DNA of 63,373 bases, filler included, from Octopus bimaculoides (lineage: Eukaryota), in assembly GCF_001194135.2 (NCBI RefSeq). It is 4 parts of 4 records of this genome, joined end to end, with 100 filler letters (N's around TTAATTAATTAA, not from the genome) between each part and the next. Parts side by side here need not be neighbours in the genome. Positions count along the whole stretch, not along the records: positions 1 to 16,240 come from NC_068989.1; 3 more parts are not named here. The stretch is one strand, 5' to 3'. The position numbers and the translations under genes were made by a program. This document shows positions 1 to 12,898 of the stretch, piece after piece (position 1 is the first letter of the stretch; every line of letters starts with the position of its first letter). The notes under the pieces are model-generated. The model searched no databases. It had not been told where the DNA came from and worked only from the letters and a program-made list of their open reading frames with translations.

Positions 1-987
1 TATATATATATATATATTTATGTAGACGTTTGAATACAGTCATCTGTCTATATGTTTGTAAGTTGGTGTGTGTTTATGAGTGCATGTGTGAATATAGATA
101 TTGCTGCCAATGTATATTTGAACGCACAAGATTGTATCAATATATCTTCTCCCGATTTTATATCAATCGTTCTGTATGTGAGTGTGCATGTACGCATGTA
201 TACATATTTGTATGTATGAGTGCACATGAGTGTATGTATAAGTGAGGCCATGTATGTATAAGTACGTCTATGTATATATAGGAATAAAGTTTGTGCTTTT
301 CTGTATGTCCGTGTACATACGGATATATATATAATTATCTGTCTGTGAGTGCCAATGTATGCATGCGTTTGAAAATGTGATTGTGTAAGACCTGTATATT
401 ATAAACGTTTGTGTTTTCCATGTATATGTGAAGAACGTGTACAAATGTACTCAGATGGAAGAGGAAGTAAGAGGAAGAAGCCTATATCTTTGTTATTTAT
501 TTAGTTTTGTGTTTTTATTTTACCGTTCTTAATTATTTTCTTTTCAAATGACAGACATTTGCAGATTATCCCGCTGAACCCTATCTACCAGCAAACAAGA
601 AACAATAAATATATAAAGAAAGGAATAATAAAAAAAAAACAAACAAACCGAACAGAGAATAGATAATACGTAATACACGCATAAAACAAATGTATTTGGC
701 TGGGTTCTGGCTAAGACAGAATGGTGGTTCCCTTTATGGTTGGCCCCAAGAGTGACTGGAATAGTAAATGGTCATTAGTGGCATTGAAGTATTAGTTGAA
801 TGTTAAAGGATTAACTCTGAGGGTCTGAGTGGAAATTATAATGTTCTGAAAGGGGAGTTAAGTTGTTAATAGGCTGATTGTGGTACAGTGTTTAGTAGAT
901 GGTGGTGGCGGTCGGTGGTGGATGGTTGAATCCTGACAGAAATTGTGAGCTAGTAGTACAGAAGCGGCAGTAGCAGTAGCAGTAGCG

Positions 988-1195
988 GTGGTGGCAGAAT
1001 CGTTAGCACACCGGGCATAATTATTAAGCGGCGTTTTCCACCTTCCTTACGTTCCGAGTTCAAATTCGGCCAATGTCATTTTGTCTTTTATCCTTTCGGG
1101 GTCAATATAATAAGTATCAGTTGCGTACTAGTTCGAGGTAGTCAGGTTAGCCCCTCCCCACGAAATTGCTAGCCTTGTGCCAAAATTTGAAACCA
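988..1195 (+). mobile_element. SINE family A copy
   Basis: tggcagaatcgttagcac...gagttcaaatt...cctttcggggtc...ccttgtgccaaaatttgaaac: tRNA-like head with a B-box-like gagttcaaat; more than 25 copies in the window. Confidence 0.8.
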
Positions 1196-1439
1196 TTATT
1201 CTTAGTGGTAGGCGTAGTAGTAGTAGAAATAATACAAATCGTTTTATGATCGTAGTAGTAGTTGTTGTAGTAGCAGCCACTGCAATAAATGTGGATCAAG
1301 TAGTGATATTCTTGTTATTGTTTAACCTCTAAAACAACGGACCATAATGTTTAAAAACTTTCTAGTTGTGGCCACCTACCCTCTTTCTTTAAGCAGAAAG
1401 TCCAGTAGCACAATACCACTATAATTTTCTAACGTATTT

Positions 1440-1590
1440 CGGTCGTATTACACGACGGTCATCTATGACTGTTCGCCGAACTTTCCCAATTGGACCCTTC
1501 TTTCGGCTTGTGGATGGCCTGCCTGAGCAAGCAAGCCCAGTTCTCTACTGAGGTGTAGCCATATTTGAAGCGATTATACTTCTCAAGACT
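1440..1590 (-). mobile_element. Mariner fragment, same family as 4826-5222
   Basis: Reverse complement aatcgcttcaaatatggctacacctcagtagag...ctcaggcaggccatccaca aligns to 5157-5218. Confidence 0.7.
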
Positions 1591-1806
1591 TATAAGTATA
1601 TAAAGTGAATACGTAAGCGTTCTCACATTTCCTCGGCCAGTGTCTATATCGAGAGGTGGATGCATTGAAACTAGTTGTAGATGTTTTGGTGGCGAATTCG
1701 TTATTTTAATTTTACGACGCTGGAGTATCGTCACATAGTATTTTATATACTGGTATCAGTTTGGTTATGGAATTACTGGCGCAGGGATGGTTGTGTGGTA
1801 ATTATA

Positions 1807-2250
1807 GGCGCAGGAGTGGTTGTGTGGTAAGTAGCTTGCTTACCAACCACATGGTTCTGGGTTCATTCCCATTCCGTGGCGTCTTGGGCAAGTGTCTTCT
1901 ACTATAGCCTCGGGCCCTCCAAAGCGTTGTGAGTGGATTGGTAGACGGAAACTGAAAGAAGCCTGTCGTATATATATATATGTATATATNNNNNNNNNNT
2001 GTGTGTGTGTGTTTGTGTGTCTGTGTTTGTCCCCAACATCGCTTGACAACCGATGCTGGTGTGTTTACGTCCCCGTAACATAGAGGTTCGGCAAAAGTGA
2101 TCGATAGAATAAGTACTAGGCTTACAAAGAATAAGTGCTGGGGTCGATTTACTCGACTAAAGGCGGTGCCCCACCATGGCCGCAATCAAATGACTGAAAC
2201 AAGTAAAAGAGTAAAAGAATAAAGAGTAAAGAGTAAAGAGTAAAGAGAAT
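1807..2250 (+). mobile_element. SINE family B, near full length, with internal (TA)/(TG) microsatellite and (GAGTAAA)n tail
   Basis: ggcgcaggagtggttgtgtggtaagtagcttgcttaccaaccacatggtt.tgggttca tRNA-like head, cttgggcaagtgtcttctactatagcc core, and 3' end ggcggtgccccaccatggccgcaatcaaatgactgaaac. Confidence 0.88.
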
Positions 2251-3149
2251 GTGTAGAGGAGTTGAATGGTAAGATTTAGTTAAGAATGACATTTGACATC
2301 GTGGGGTAGGGTATGTCCAAATGAAACCGCCATTTAAAAATTATGAATGCAGAGTTTTATTACCAGGTGACTGTTCTCATGATCATATATTTCTTCGATA
2401 GGTTGTGCCGTGGCTAAGGAATTAACGCGTTGAGGAGCGTGATACAGTGGGCTGTGTTGATGCAGTGTGGCGATGTAAAAAATGCAGTGTTATGTGGCTG
2501 TAATAAAGAAAGAGTTATTAGAAAATAATCGGAATTTAAACGAATTGCATTGTTTATGTTCGCTGGGAATGAATTTATGCCTATTCTTCAGTCTTCACCA
2601 AATACTTCGTTTACGCATAACGAACTATCTCCACCCGCAAGTGCACAACATAGTTCAACACACAAACACACACACATGATTCCACAATCTTACAGATGGA
2701 CAGATGAGAATATGTGTGCTCGCCTATACAGCTTCATGCGACCGTATATTGTAAATCATCATGTCCGATTCGCTGACACTTTTTACTATAATCACCATGA
2801 TCTGCGAATCCTTCAGTTCGAAAGAACGTCAGTGAATCAACCTTGGTGCAAGAAATTTCAAGTCCTCTCACATGCACTTAGTTCTGTTGGTTGTCATAGC
2901 TCCTAATTCTCCCCAGCCGTCAACTCCTGGTGATTACATACAGGTAACAAACGATGTGGTATAAGATCAGAGACGAGACAGAAAAATAAGTGCTAGAATC
3001 CTTATTTACGATGGATAGAATGTAATGTTCGTTAAGTTCAACTTTGACGCATACTGTTCCGGGGTTGATGAAATAAAATTCAATACGTATAATAAAACAT
3101 GTTTGATCATATCAATTCTTCCTTCCAGTTAACATGAGTGTCTTTGTTT

Positions 3150-3214
3150 AAAACAACTACTACTAGGACTACTACCACCACCACCACCACCACCACTACA
3201 GCCGCTGCTGCCAA

Positions 3215-3259
<45 letters not shown>

Positions 3260-3385
3260 TAATGCTACTGCCGTTGCCACCACCACCACCACTACCACCA
3301 CCACCAGCACCACCACCACCACAACCACCACCGCCACGACAACCACAACCGCCGCTGCCAAAACCACCACCACCACCACCACCAT
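3150..3385. repeat. (ACT/ACC)n microsatellite
   Basis: Direct inspection; source of the poly-T ORF. Confidence 0.9.
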
Positions 3386-3778
3386 ATATTCCATATATGC
3401 ATGGAATTGCATATTGTTTCTTCATATATTTAAGTATATAAATAATCAATACCAGGGGCTATCTTTTATGTTAATTAAGGGATTTCTCTTTATAAAATTA
3501 ATGGCCAATATTATTAAATTTTCCAGCTATTAGAATATGGACTTTTTCTTAAAAACATGACTGGATCAAAGCTGGTTTTAAGCATATCAAACGTAAATAT
3601 TTCGATCTTATATTCTTAATATGTGAGAAGTAATACTATAAATTTCTTTATTGGAAATTAATCCTAATTACCATAAAATTATTTATAAAGCCATACAAAA
3701 CAGAACTGATTATACAACTGCCCTTCGAGCATTAATCATACCGGTATAATCAAACACCATCACAACATTATCTATCTT

Positions 3779-3843
<65 letters not shown>

Positions 3844-3963
3844 TCATGTAATATAATGCAATATATTATATCAGACACATATGTATATTATAATTTCGTA
3901 TAATATATATAATATATATTATAACTTATACATTAGCATAATATAATATAAAATAAATATATA

Positions 3964-4044
<81 letters not shown>

Positions 4045-4074
4045 CTTATAGTTATTGGAATCCTTTTAACAGAT

Positions 4075-4195
4075 GCTTTATTTCATTAAACGATCCCACT
4101 TAAGAACGTATATTTCATAAGGTCACGAAATCTTGGGAACTTAAGTGTCACTTCAGGTTATATACATAAGTGTTATTTAAAGTGGTCTTAGTATA
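4075..4195 (+). repeat. ~120-bp dispersed repeat, second copy at about 6625-6745
   Basis: Shared taaacgatc...cttaag/cttcaag...ggtcac.aaat...ttatata.at.agtgtt.ttt.aagtgg.cttag. Confidence 0.5.
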
Positions 4196-4231
4196 ATGAG
4201 GAGTATTTTATTTTCTGTATACATATAATTG

Positions 4232-4440
4232 TTTCAAGTTTTGGCACAAGGAAACCAGATTCGTGGAAGAGGAAAAGTCGATTGCATTGACTCCAGCGCT
4301 CGATTGGTGCGTATTTTGTCGACACCGAAATGATAAATGACAAAATCGACCTCGGTGGAATTTGACCTCGGACCGTAACTCAGGACGAAATGCCGATAAG
4401 CCAATTGGGCGTCGCGTTGATCAGCCAGCTCACCGCCCTC
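4232..4440 (-). mobile_element. SINE family A copy
   Basis: Reverse complement matches the family A consensus, ending ccagctcaccgcc. Confidence 0.8.
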
Positions 4441-4825
4441 TCTGTATCCACACACACACATACACACAGACACGTGTATAAATGTAGACACATACACCAC
4501 ATACACATATGTATCGATGTACACACACACACATTAATATAAGTTACTCGGCACAAAATACCTTTATTTCGAAAGAAAAATATGGAACTGTAATTTCGAA
4601 TCATGAAATTGTATTTTAATACAAGCTTTAATATCCAGCTAAATACACTACTTATTGTCGAATGGTTGAATATCATACATTTATAATTTATATATATTTC
4701 TAAAACCGGCAGAAAGATATACAGTATAAAGGAGGTTAGACTCAGTCTACGCGGCCTCCTTCATTTCAATGAAACTTTTGTCAATCCAGAAAAAAGAAAA
4801 AGCATGTTACATTTTAATTACTCGT

Positions 4826-5222
4826 TATGAGGTGAGTTCAAAATGTAGCCGAATATATTTTTCCCTGCCAAAACTAATGCCGCGTGGACAAAATCCTTTC
4901 GATGAGAGGTTACGCCATCCGTCCTGTATAGGTCCGAAAGTTTTCTCACCATTAGTCCGCGTTGATTTCTGGCTGTTACACCTAGAGTACATGCGTGTAG
5001 TTTGCACTCGTCAGATTTTCGCTTTAACCGAACGCATTGAACAGAGATATGCATCGAGTTATACTTGGGGATACTCCAGTTCGAAAGATCCAGAAGATTC
5101 AGCAGGCCATAGGTGATGATGCCATGAGGGGGGGGGATCAGATCGAGGAATGGCACAATCGCTTCAAACATGGCTGCACCTCATGAAGAGTTGACTACGC
5201 TCAGGCAGGTCATCCACATCGC
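4826..5222 (+). mobile_element. Mariner 5' fragment (irritans/Hsmar2-like N-terminus), pseudogenised
   Basis: TERIEQRY..., then frameshifted KIQQAIGDDAM...IEEWHNRFKHGCTS...SGR.ST. This is the typical mariner helix-turn-helix region. Subfamily assignment is tentative. Confidence 0.75.
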
Positions 5223-5924
5223 ATCTTCTCCGTAACTAGACCGATCTATTTCTCGGCCGTGTTGTAACTTGCGATGAAAAGTAGATTCGGTACAATAACA
5301 AAAAACCGTTCTTCGCAGTCGTTGGACCAATATGAAGCCACGAATAACTCACCTTAACGCGAGCTCTTGTAAAAGAAGGTTATGGTGACTGTTTGGTGAT
5401 TTACTGCAGGACTCATCCACTATAACGTCATAAATCCCGGAAAACCCATTACTGTAGAAAAAATATTGCCACGAAATTGTCAAAATGAACAAAACACTGC
5501 TGCCCCTCCGTCCCAGACTTGTCAACAGAAGATGGCCAATCATTCTTCACGGCAATGCTCGACCTAATATTTCACTAATGACGCTCCAGAAGTTGAGGGA
5601 ACTTGGCTACGAAGTTCTTCCTCCCCCGCCCAAGCTTATTCCCCAGACCTTTCTCCTGCCGACTATCACTTTTTCAAGCGCCTTGGTTGTTTCCTGCGAG
5701 AGAAGGAGTTAAAAAATCAAACCGATGCTGACAATGTGTTCAAAGACTTCATCAGCTCCAGAACTCCAGATTTTTATGTTACTAGAATAAACGAACTTGT
5801 AACTCGTTGGCAAAAATCTGTTGATTGTAATGGTACTTAATTTGATGAATAAAATTTCCGCATTTTAGAAATATATTGTGATGAATTTCATGTTTCAAAA
5901 CGTTGCTAATTTTTACTCAGCCTG

Positions 5925-5925
<1 letters not shown>
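5223..5925 (+). mobile_element. Mariner transposase catalytic/3' half with terminal TIR, pseudogenised
   Basis: RVVTCDEK*IRY...KKVMVTVW...IILHGNARP...YSPDLSPADYHFF...LVTRWQKSVDCNGT, containing the DD34D mariner motifs. Ends ...tttttactcagcctga followed by TA. Confidence 0.92.
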
Positions 5926-5991
<66 letters not shown>

Positions 5992-7759
5992 TGTGTCTGT
6001 TGGGTGCGCGTGCGCGTGCGTGTGTATGCGTGCGTGTATATAAAATGACATCCATTTAGATATTTGCATTTCCAAGTGTGTAATTTTCATTGGATTGATA
6101 TATATATATGTGTGTGTGTATGCGGTTATTTTCAGAAATATGAAATGTATATGCTTTTAAGTATTTAAGTAATCAATTGGATTGTGCGGAAGCCCCCGAC
6201 TCTATCTTTTTGAGTTAATAGCAGTATTTACTGGATATAAACTTATAGATCAATAATATCAAATTTTCCAACTATTAGGATTAATAGCAATATATGTAAT
6301 TCCTCTTGCGGATTTCTTCAAAAAATGGCCACTCCTTTTAGCTTTTAACCTTATCAAGTTCAAACAATACCGCGTCCTTAAATTCTTTATAGGCGAGGAA
6401 TAAAGATATAAAATTTTCGATATAAAACTCCCTTATTTATCTTAATACCGTTTTCAAAACAATATAAATTGGAATTGATTATTCTATTGTACTTTGAACA
6501 CTTACCAGAACCGCTTAATGAAACAAACACCATTAAATCATAATATATATTTCATATATTTATGCCTTTCAGTACAACATATATGTGTTTAATGTACTTC
6601 CTAGAAACATGTAAGTATAATCCTCGCTTCCATAAACGATCTGGCTTCAAGAGCATACTTATAGTAAACATGGTCACTAAATATTAATAATTTATCTACC
6701 ACTTAAGATTATATATGAGTGTTCTTTTAAGTGGCCTTAGCGTATATATATATATATGTATGTAGAGAAATTGCCCACTTTATTCTGCGGAGATATATTG
6801 ATTTTTATTCTCGGGCATACGATGCAACATATGTAATGCGAACATGTAATTTTGAATTATGAAACTTTACATCGGCAATAAAATTCGTGATGCACATAAA
6901 TTATTGACTCGTACTTTATTTTGTCGACTCTGCAATAATGAAAATCATGTTGCTTTTATATCTTATGGTTTTCCTCTCTCATTCCTGTTTCTATAGAAGC
7001 TTCCATTGCACACGAAGGTACACGGGCAGACAAATGAACACAGGCACAGCACAAACACATGAGAAAATAAAAAGAATATGGTCCTATTAAAGTCAGAAAA
7101 TATACAACCTAGTAGCTTTTTCTTTTACGCCATAGTAAAAAATAATTCACAGATTTCATGTTAAGTAATTCTAGTTCACATAGCTGAATGTTATGTCTTC
7201 GTGAAATGTCTTGAACAAGTTTAAGAAAATTGACATAATTAGCCTTTTGTTTCTCTCTAGAACGTGTAGCGGGAAAATGGAAACAATTGAACTAGAGAGG
7301 TTGGAGAAAAAACGCAAAATTAAACTTAGAGAGAAAAGGCCGGAGGAGTAGAACACATTGGGATTGTTCGATCTTCAGACAATAAGACTTGATAGAATAT
7401 CTGAATAGGTTTGTTTATGAGCAAAAGTGCCACTGTACCAAATTGCAAAGGAAATAAGAGTCGACAAAAACAACCTGCCCGCACAAAAATAGAAATACTG
7501 GTGAAACCGTTAGTAATTCTATTTCAATATATATGTTGAACCACGCACGTGATGATGGTTCTTCATAACTCGAAAGAAGTCGGAGACACCTCGGACTATT
7601 TCATTTCAGGGGCATATATTTGCGAAAAATGTCGTCGCACCAGAATTTGACAGTCGTGGGGTGTCCTACAATTACGTAGAAATTAATTTTTCAACCTTTC
7701 GTTTAAGCTACAGTCTGCACTAAATAAGTGTATCGTCGAAGGCCTGATAGGAGGTCCAA

Positions 7760-7910
7760 CGTTCCGAGTCCTTTTACAGGGCTTAGAAAAACTGATGGCC
7801 CGCTGCAATAATTATGAATCTGAGAGGGGAATATGTTGAATAAAATCATAATCAATTGACTATCTTGTATTTTCTTTTAGCCAGAGCCAAGAACTTTTCA
7901 GTTCGCCTCG
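7760..7910 (+). mobile_element. Mariner 3' end with TIR
   Basis: ...GLEKLMARCN...GEYVE* type C-terminus, ending gaacttttcagttcgcctcg+TA. Homologous to 27320-27468. Confidence 0.75.
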
Positions 7911-8630
7911 TATGTGAAATATCAAGTTAGATACCATCTAAAGATCAGTGAACTATGAGTTATACCATTGTCTTTGAAAAGAAAAATATTTTCTATGTAT
8001 ACAGAAAACAAAACATTCTAATTGCACTAACAATTGGCAATGATATAACTGCTCCAAATTTCCAGATTTTAATTGATCGAGCCCTATAAATAATATTGGA
8101 TTTTTTAATACAAAAACATTGCATAGGACGTCTAAAATGCTGCTCACAGAATAGTCGGCTAGGTATTACTGCAAGGATATTTTAAATACAAAGGAAATGA
8201 AAATGATTCAAACACGTAACTGCTTCTTTAGAACAATTCACTAAACATTCGACTAATTCGCCCTGTTCTAGTTTTCTACATTACTGAGGTTAACTAAAAT
8301 ATAGACACCAGACAGAAATATCATCAAAATTCAATTAAATCTAGCTTTCTCGCCTTTTAAATCAAAAGGAGGTGTTAGAATAGATGTGATATTAAATATT
8401 AATATAACACATTTTAATATACATCATATGATCTCTCCTCTCTCTGCTTTCAGTATGAATTTAAGAAGTGTCTTAGGATTTGGTCACATTCCTTCTTTTT
8501 ATGAATACGCACTTGTAAAGATACTTTCTTTCTTGTCCAATAATCTGCAAATAACCTCCTTTCTCTTTCTTTTTCTTTCTCTCTCTTTCTCTCCCTCCCC
8601 CTATCAATTTTCCTTTATTCTTATGTATGC

Positions 8631-8686
<56 letters not shown>

Positions 8687-9774
8687 NNNNNNNNNNNNNN
8701 NNNNNNNNNNNNNNNNNNNNNNNNNNNNNNNNNNNNNNNNNNNNNNNNNNNNNNNNNNNNNNNNNNNNNNNNNNNNNNNNNNNNNNNNNNNNNNNNNNNN
8801 NNNNNNNNNNNNNNNNNNNNNNNNNNNNNNNNNNNNNNNNNNNNNNNNNNNNNNNNNNNNNNNNNNNNNNNNNNNNNNNNNNNNNNNNNNNNNNNNNNNN
8901 NNNNNNNNNNNNNNNNNNNNNNNNNNNNNNNNNNNNNNNNNNNNNNNNNNNNNNNNNNNNNNNNNNNNNNNNNNNNNNNNNNNNNNNNNNNNNNNNNNNN
9001 NNNNNNNNNNNNNNNNNNNNNNNNNNNNNNNNNNNNNNNNNNNNNNNNNNNNNNNNNNNNNNNNNNNNNNNNNNNNNNNNNNNNNNNNNNNNNNNNNNNN
9101 NNNNNNNNNNNNNNNNNNNNNNNNNNNNNNNNNNNNNNNNNNNNNNNNNNNNNNNNNNNNNNNNNNNNNNNNNNNNNNNNNNNNNNNNNNNNNNNNNNNN
9201 NNNNNNNNNNNNNNNNNNNNNNNNNNNNNNNNNNNNNNNNNNNNNNNNNNNNNNNNNNNNNNNNNNNNNNNNNNNNNNNNNNNNNNNNNNNNNNNNNNNN
9301 NNNNNNNNNNNNNNNNNNNNNNNNNNNNNNNNNNNNNNNNNNNNNTATATATTACATGTAAGCCAGTGTGTGTATTTCTGAGTATTTATGAGAAATTAAG
9401 TCATAAATTATATATGTATATATGTATATGTATACGTGTATATATATATGTGTGTATATATATATGTGTATATATATACACCTACATATAATATACGTAC
9501 ATATCCAAGCATATGGTCAGGTACACGCACGTATATGTATGTATGTATGTATGTATGTATTGATATGTATAAATATATATGTATCCATGTATGCAGTTAG
9601 GTACAACATAAACCTTTAGTATCGTATATCCAGCTATTAAACTACCATCAAACTCGTTGACACACACTGATGCGCAAACACATACAGAAGTTTACACATA
9701 TTTGTGTATTTTATATTTGTATGTGTGTGTACATATTTTAATAGATATGTAAATATATAAACACACAGACACAG

Positions 9775-9820
<46 letters not shown>

Positions 9821-10304
9821 GTTTGTGTGCATAAGTACGTATATGTATATGTACGTTCATGAGATCTTCTAAACACAGTGCATTGGTTAAAGAATCTCAA
9901 CGATGGAAAGGAGGTGAGAAATGTGGCAGATGAGATTAATGTCTAAAAGAACCTTAATTGGTTTTTAATACCTCTTTTCTAATCATTGCTTCCAGATTTC
10001 AACTGATGATGCCCTGATAGTTCTGTTTCATTATCGTCTGGATCCCTGTGGTGTAAACATTGACACCTTCTTCTACAGTAGCATAAGCACCATCAATATC
10101 TCGGATAACTACTTCACTAGTGTCATCAATAATATTTACAATGCTACAACAAAAACTCCATTTTGAACGACGCTAAAATCAACGACTGTACCAACACTAC
10201 CGAGACAGGCGACAATATAATATCAAGCAGAAATATTACAACGACAACTAACCATTTCTAGATCCATTAATACTGCAAATTATATACGTATGATTATGGT
10301 TATA

Positions 10305-10575
10305 TCAGGTTGGTGCAAAGGTAATGTCCGATTTCTAGAAACAGTGTTTCAGAGCGAATTTATCAATTTTCTAACCTCTTCTTATAGTTTTAAGACATAT
10401 CTGTGTCGAATTTGTAATATTTTCTTTCAGATTATCTAACTCTTGTCCATAATTCTCAGAAAATTTTACCACCATACTTATCCCATCTACAGATCACATA
10501 AATGTTTTACTCTACGAGTTTCATAAAGGTGTTAATGCCCGTTCGGCGGTAAGATCTATTCAGAGAACATAGGCA
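10305..10575 (+). mobile_element. Mariner 5' fragment
   Basis: TA + tcaggttggtgcaaaggtaatgtccgattt resembles the Hsmar1/Mos-type TIR. Later HINVLLYEFHKGVNARSAVRSI resembles a mariner N-terminus. Confidence 0.7.
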
Positions 10576-11072
10576 TTCAGTTTTTTATTGAAATGATTAG
10601 TATAGTTCCTGGGCAACCTAAGGGTTAGTACAGGGGCTTTCTGTAGGTGTCCACGTGCAATATTTTAAGCGGAACTTTCGGTGTGTCAGATCTGCGAAGG
10701 CTAGTGCATTCGTCACCCAAGTCCCAAGTAGAGACTTGGAACAGCGCATACGTAACAAAGCAACAACGAAAACATAATAATAATTTTCTTTCTGAGTTTG
10801 GCACAATGCAGGTAGTTTTGAGAGGAGGGGTAAGCCAATTATATCGAAAGTAGTACTTGTTTCATATTCTATTTTACCAGTCCCGAATGGATGAGAGGCA
10901 AAGTACATCTCGGCGATAGTTGAACAGTCGTAGGAAATGATGCTATGAACCTTATCTTATGCGTTAACGTTTCTATCAGCTCGCCGATTTAAACATAATA
11001 TGGACAATAATGATGATGATGATGATTATAATCATCATCATCATCATCATCATCACCTTTCTATTATGGACA

Positions 11073-11268
11073 TGAGGCCTGAAATTTAGAGGAGTGTGAT
11101 AGTCGATTATCATTGACCCAGTGCTCGAATGGTACTTAATTTATCGACCCCGAAATGATGAAAGGTAAAAGTCGACCTCGGCGGAATTTGAACTCAGAAC
11201 GTGGCGACGAGCGAAATACCGTTAAGCACTTCGTCCATCGTGCTAACGAGTGTGCCAGCTCACCACCT
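11073..11268 (-). mobile_element. SINE family A copy
   Basis: gtcgacctcggcggaatttgaactcagaacg...gccagctcacc with a (CAT)n/(AAT)n flank. Confidence 0.85.
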
Positions 11269-11285
11269 TCATAATCATAATCATC

Positions 11286-11328
<43 letters not shown>

Positions 11329-11331
11329 AGA

Positions 11332-11376
<45 letters not shown>

Positions 11377-12040
11377 CCAATCATTAAACACTGATATTGA
11401 TTCAAGCTCTTCACTACTACAATGTATTCTATTCAGTTTCTTAGATATCTAAAGAGTTCATTTATTTTCCCTTTTCTTGTTATTTCCTTAACTTGATCAA
11501 CCATCTCTCTTTCCATTTAATTCCTCCGCCGCCATCTCCTCTTTTCAGACAAATTCTTCTTATTATTTTTTATCTTCAACGTCTTTTACACTACATCTCA
11601 TTCTTGAAATTAAAACCTGACTTCTTCTCGGTTTCATATCCATATATTTTTTTTGAAACCGATCTACAAATGGTGTATACTTTCCCAGAAGACGCAGATA
11701 GTTGGGAAAGACTATGCCAACATTTTTACACACCCATTTCTTTTCTTTTTTTGTCATTTTAATGCATACACAAGATATTGGCCCTAAAACATACACCGGC
11801 ACACACGTACACGACAACGCTCATATAGAAAGAGGTAATTAAAAAGAAAATCATAGACATGCATAGACACAGGCAGTTAAATTGGCATAAATATAAACAA
11901 ACGCAGGCAATCCAAAGCACTTATACTGACTTACAGATGTATAAAACACAAGATATATAGACATATGCACACACGTAGATAGAATCAAATCAACACATGA
12001 GTTTACTTACAGGGCGTATACAGCTATATACAAGCGAGGA

Positions 12041-12074
<34 letters not shown>

Positions 12075-12087
12075 NNNNNNNNNNTAT

Positions 12088-12167
12088 ATACCCAAGGTGC
12101 CAGGCTATGGGACTGAACCCGGCCCATGGGGTTGGTAAGCAAGTTATTATACACCCACTCCTGCGCC
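12088..12167 (-). mobile_element. SINE family B 5' head fragment
   Basis: cccaaggtgcca...gggactgaaccc...ttggtaagcaag...ccactcctgcgcc. Confidence 0.75.
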
Positions 12168-12519
12168 TTTTCAAATCGGATAATCTGACAACATTGACGA
12201 CGGAAACTTCGTCAGCAGGAACTATTTGCGAATTTTTACTCTTAATAGCGTCTGCTTTACTTGATCTCATGTATTGGGGCCTTGCTTATCCCCCATTCAC
12301 AGCTTACCACAGCTGGATCATAGGGGGCAATTTCACATTACATTAATCCTGAGCGGGTCGCTCTCTATCCGTCTCGAGGTCTTAAAAACCACTTCACAAG
12401 TTATTTATGCCATATTCAGTTATCTTCTCTGATCTTCTACTTTACATCTCTGCTGTTTGTCTGTTTATGTACCACAGTTATAAGGACGATAGCACTTAGG
12501 TGACGATGCTACTGTTGTT

Positions 12520-12790
12520 TTTAGCTGCAGGAAGTCATCTCCTCCAGTTGTCAAACGACACACTGTCTGTGTCCTATTAGTATTTGCGAAGGGAAATCAT
12601 CGTTCCCATCTCTAGCCTTACGTGATACACAAAGACCAGAATTTCTGGGTAAGTAAACGTCATCAGCGTGTGACAATCACCGCCTAGCGATGAAAACTCA
12701 TTCCAAACGCAAAATACTATAAGCTTTTTCCAGTGACAAACTGTCGCTGATCTCGAAAAAGTAGAAACAAACGCAAATAAATCTCTGCGT
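12520..12790 (+). repeat. Unclassified interspersed repeat D
   Basis: Colinear with the reverse complement of 56403-56672 and with 56219-56400 (ctgtgtcc.attag.atttg.ga.gg.a.tcatcg...ctagcctta...gatgaaaactca...tgatctcgaaaaag). Confidence 0.75.
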
Positions 12791-12847
12791 ATGGATATGT
12801 ATATATATATATATGAGTGTATATACGTATATATATGAACATATATA

Positions 12848-12898
<51 letters not shown>

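Noticed and set aside
551-612. Possible terminal exon TFADYPAEPYLPANKKQ*
   Set aside because: It is too short, and any upstream partner would lie outside the window; it cannot be supported.
3107-3533. Poly-T/V/G ORFs, and similar poly-H/D/M/YI/CV/HT ORFs throughout the window
   Set aside because: They are translations of micro- and minisatellites or N-runs, with no coding signal.
9996-10260. Open frames on both strands (ISTDDALIVLF... / IVNIIDDTSEVVIRD...)
   Set aside because: The region grades into degenerate AAC/ATC repeats, and neither a convincing donor nor homology was recognised.
12526-12646. Apparent exon LQEVISSSCQTTHCLCPISICEGKSSFPSLALRDTQRPEFL|gtaagt
   Set aside because: It lies inside dispersed repeat D, which has two more copies at 56.2-56.7 kb; exonisation is unsupported.
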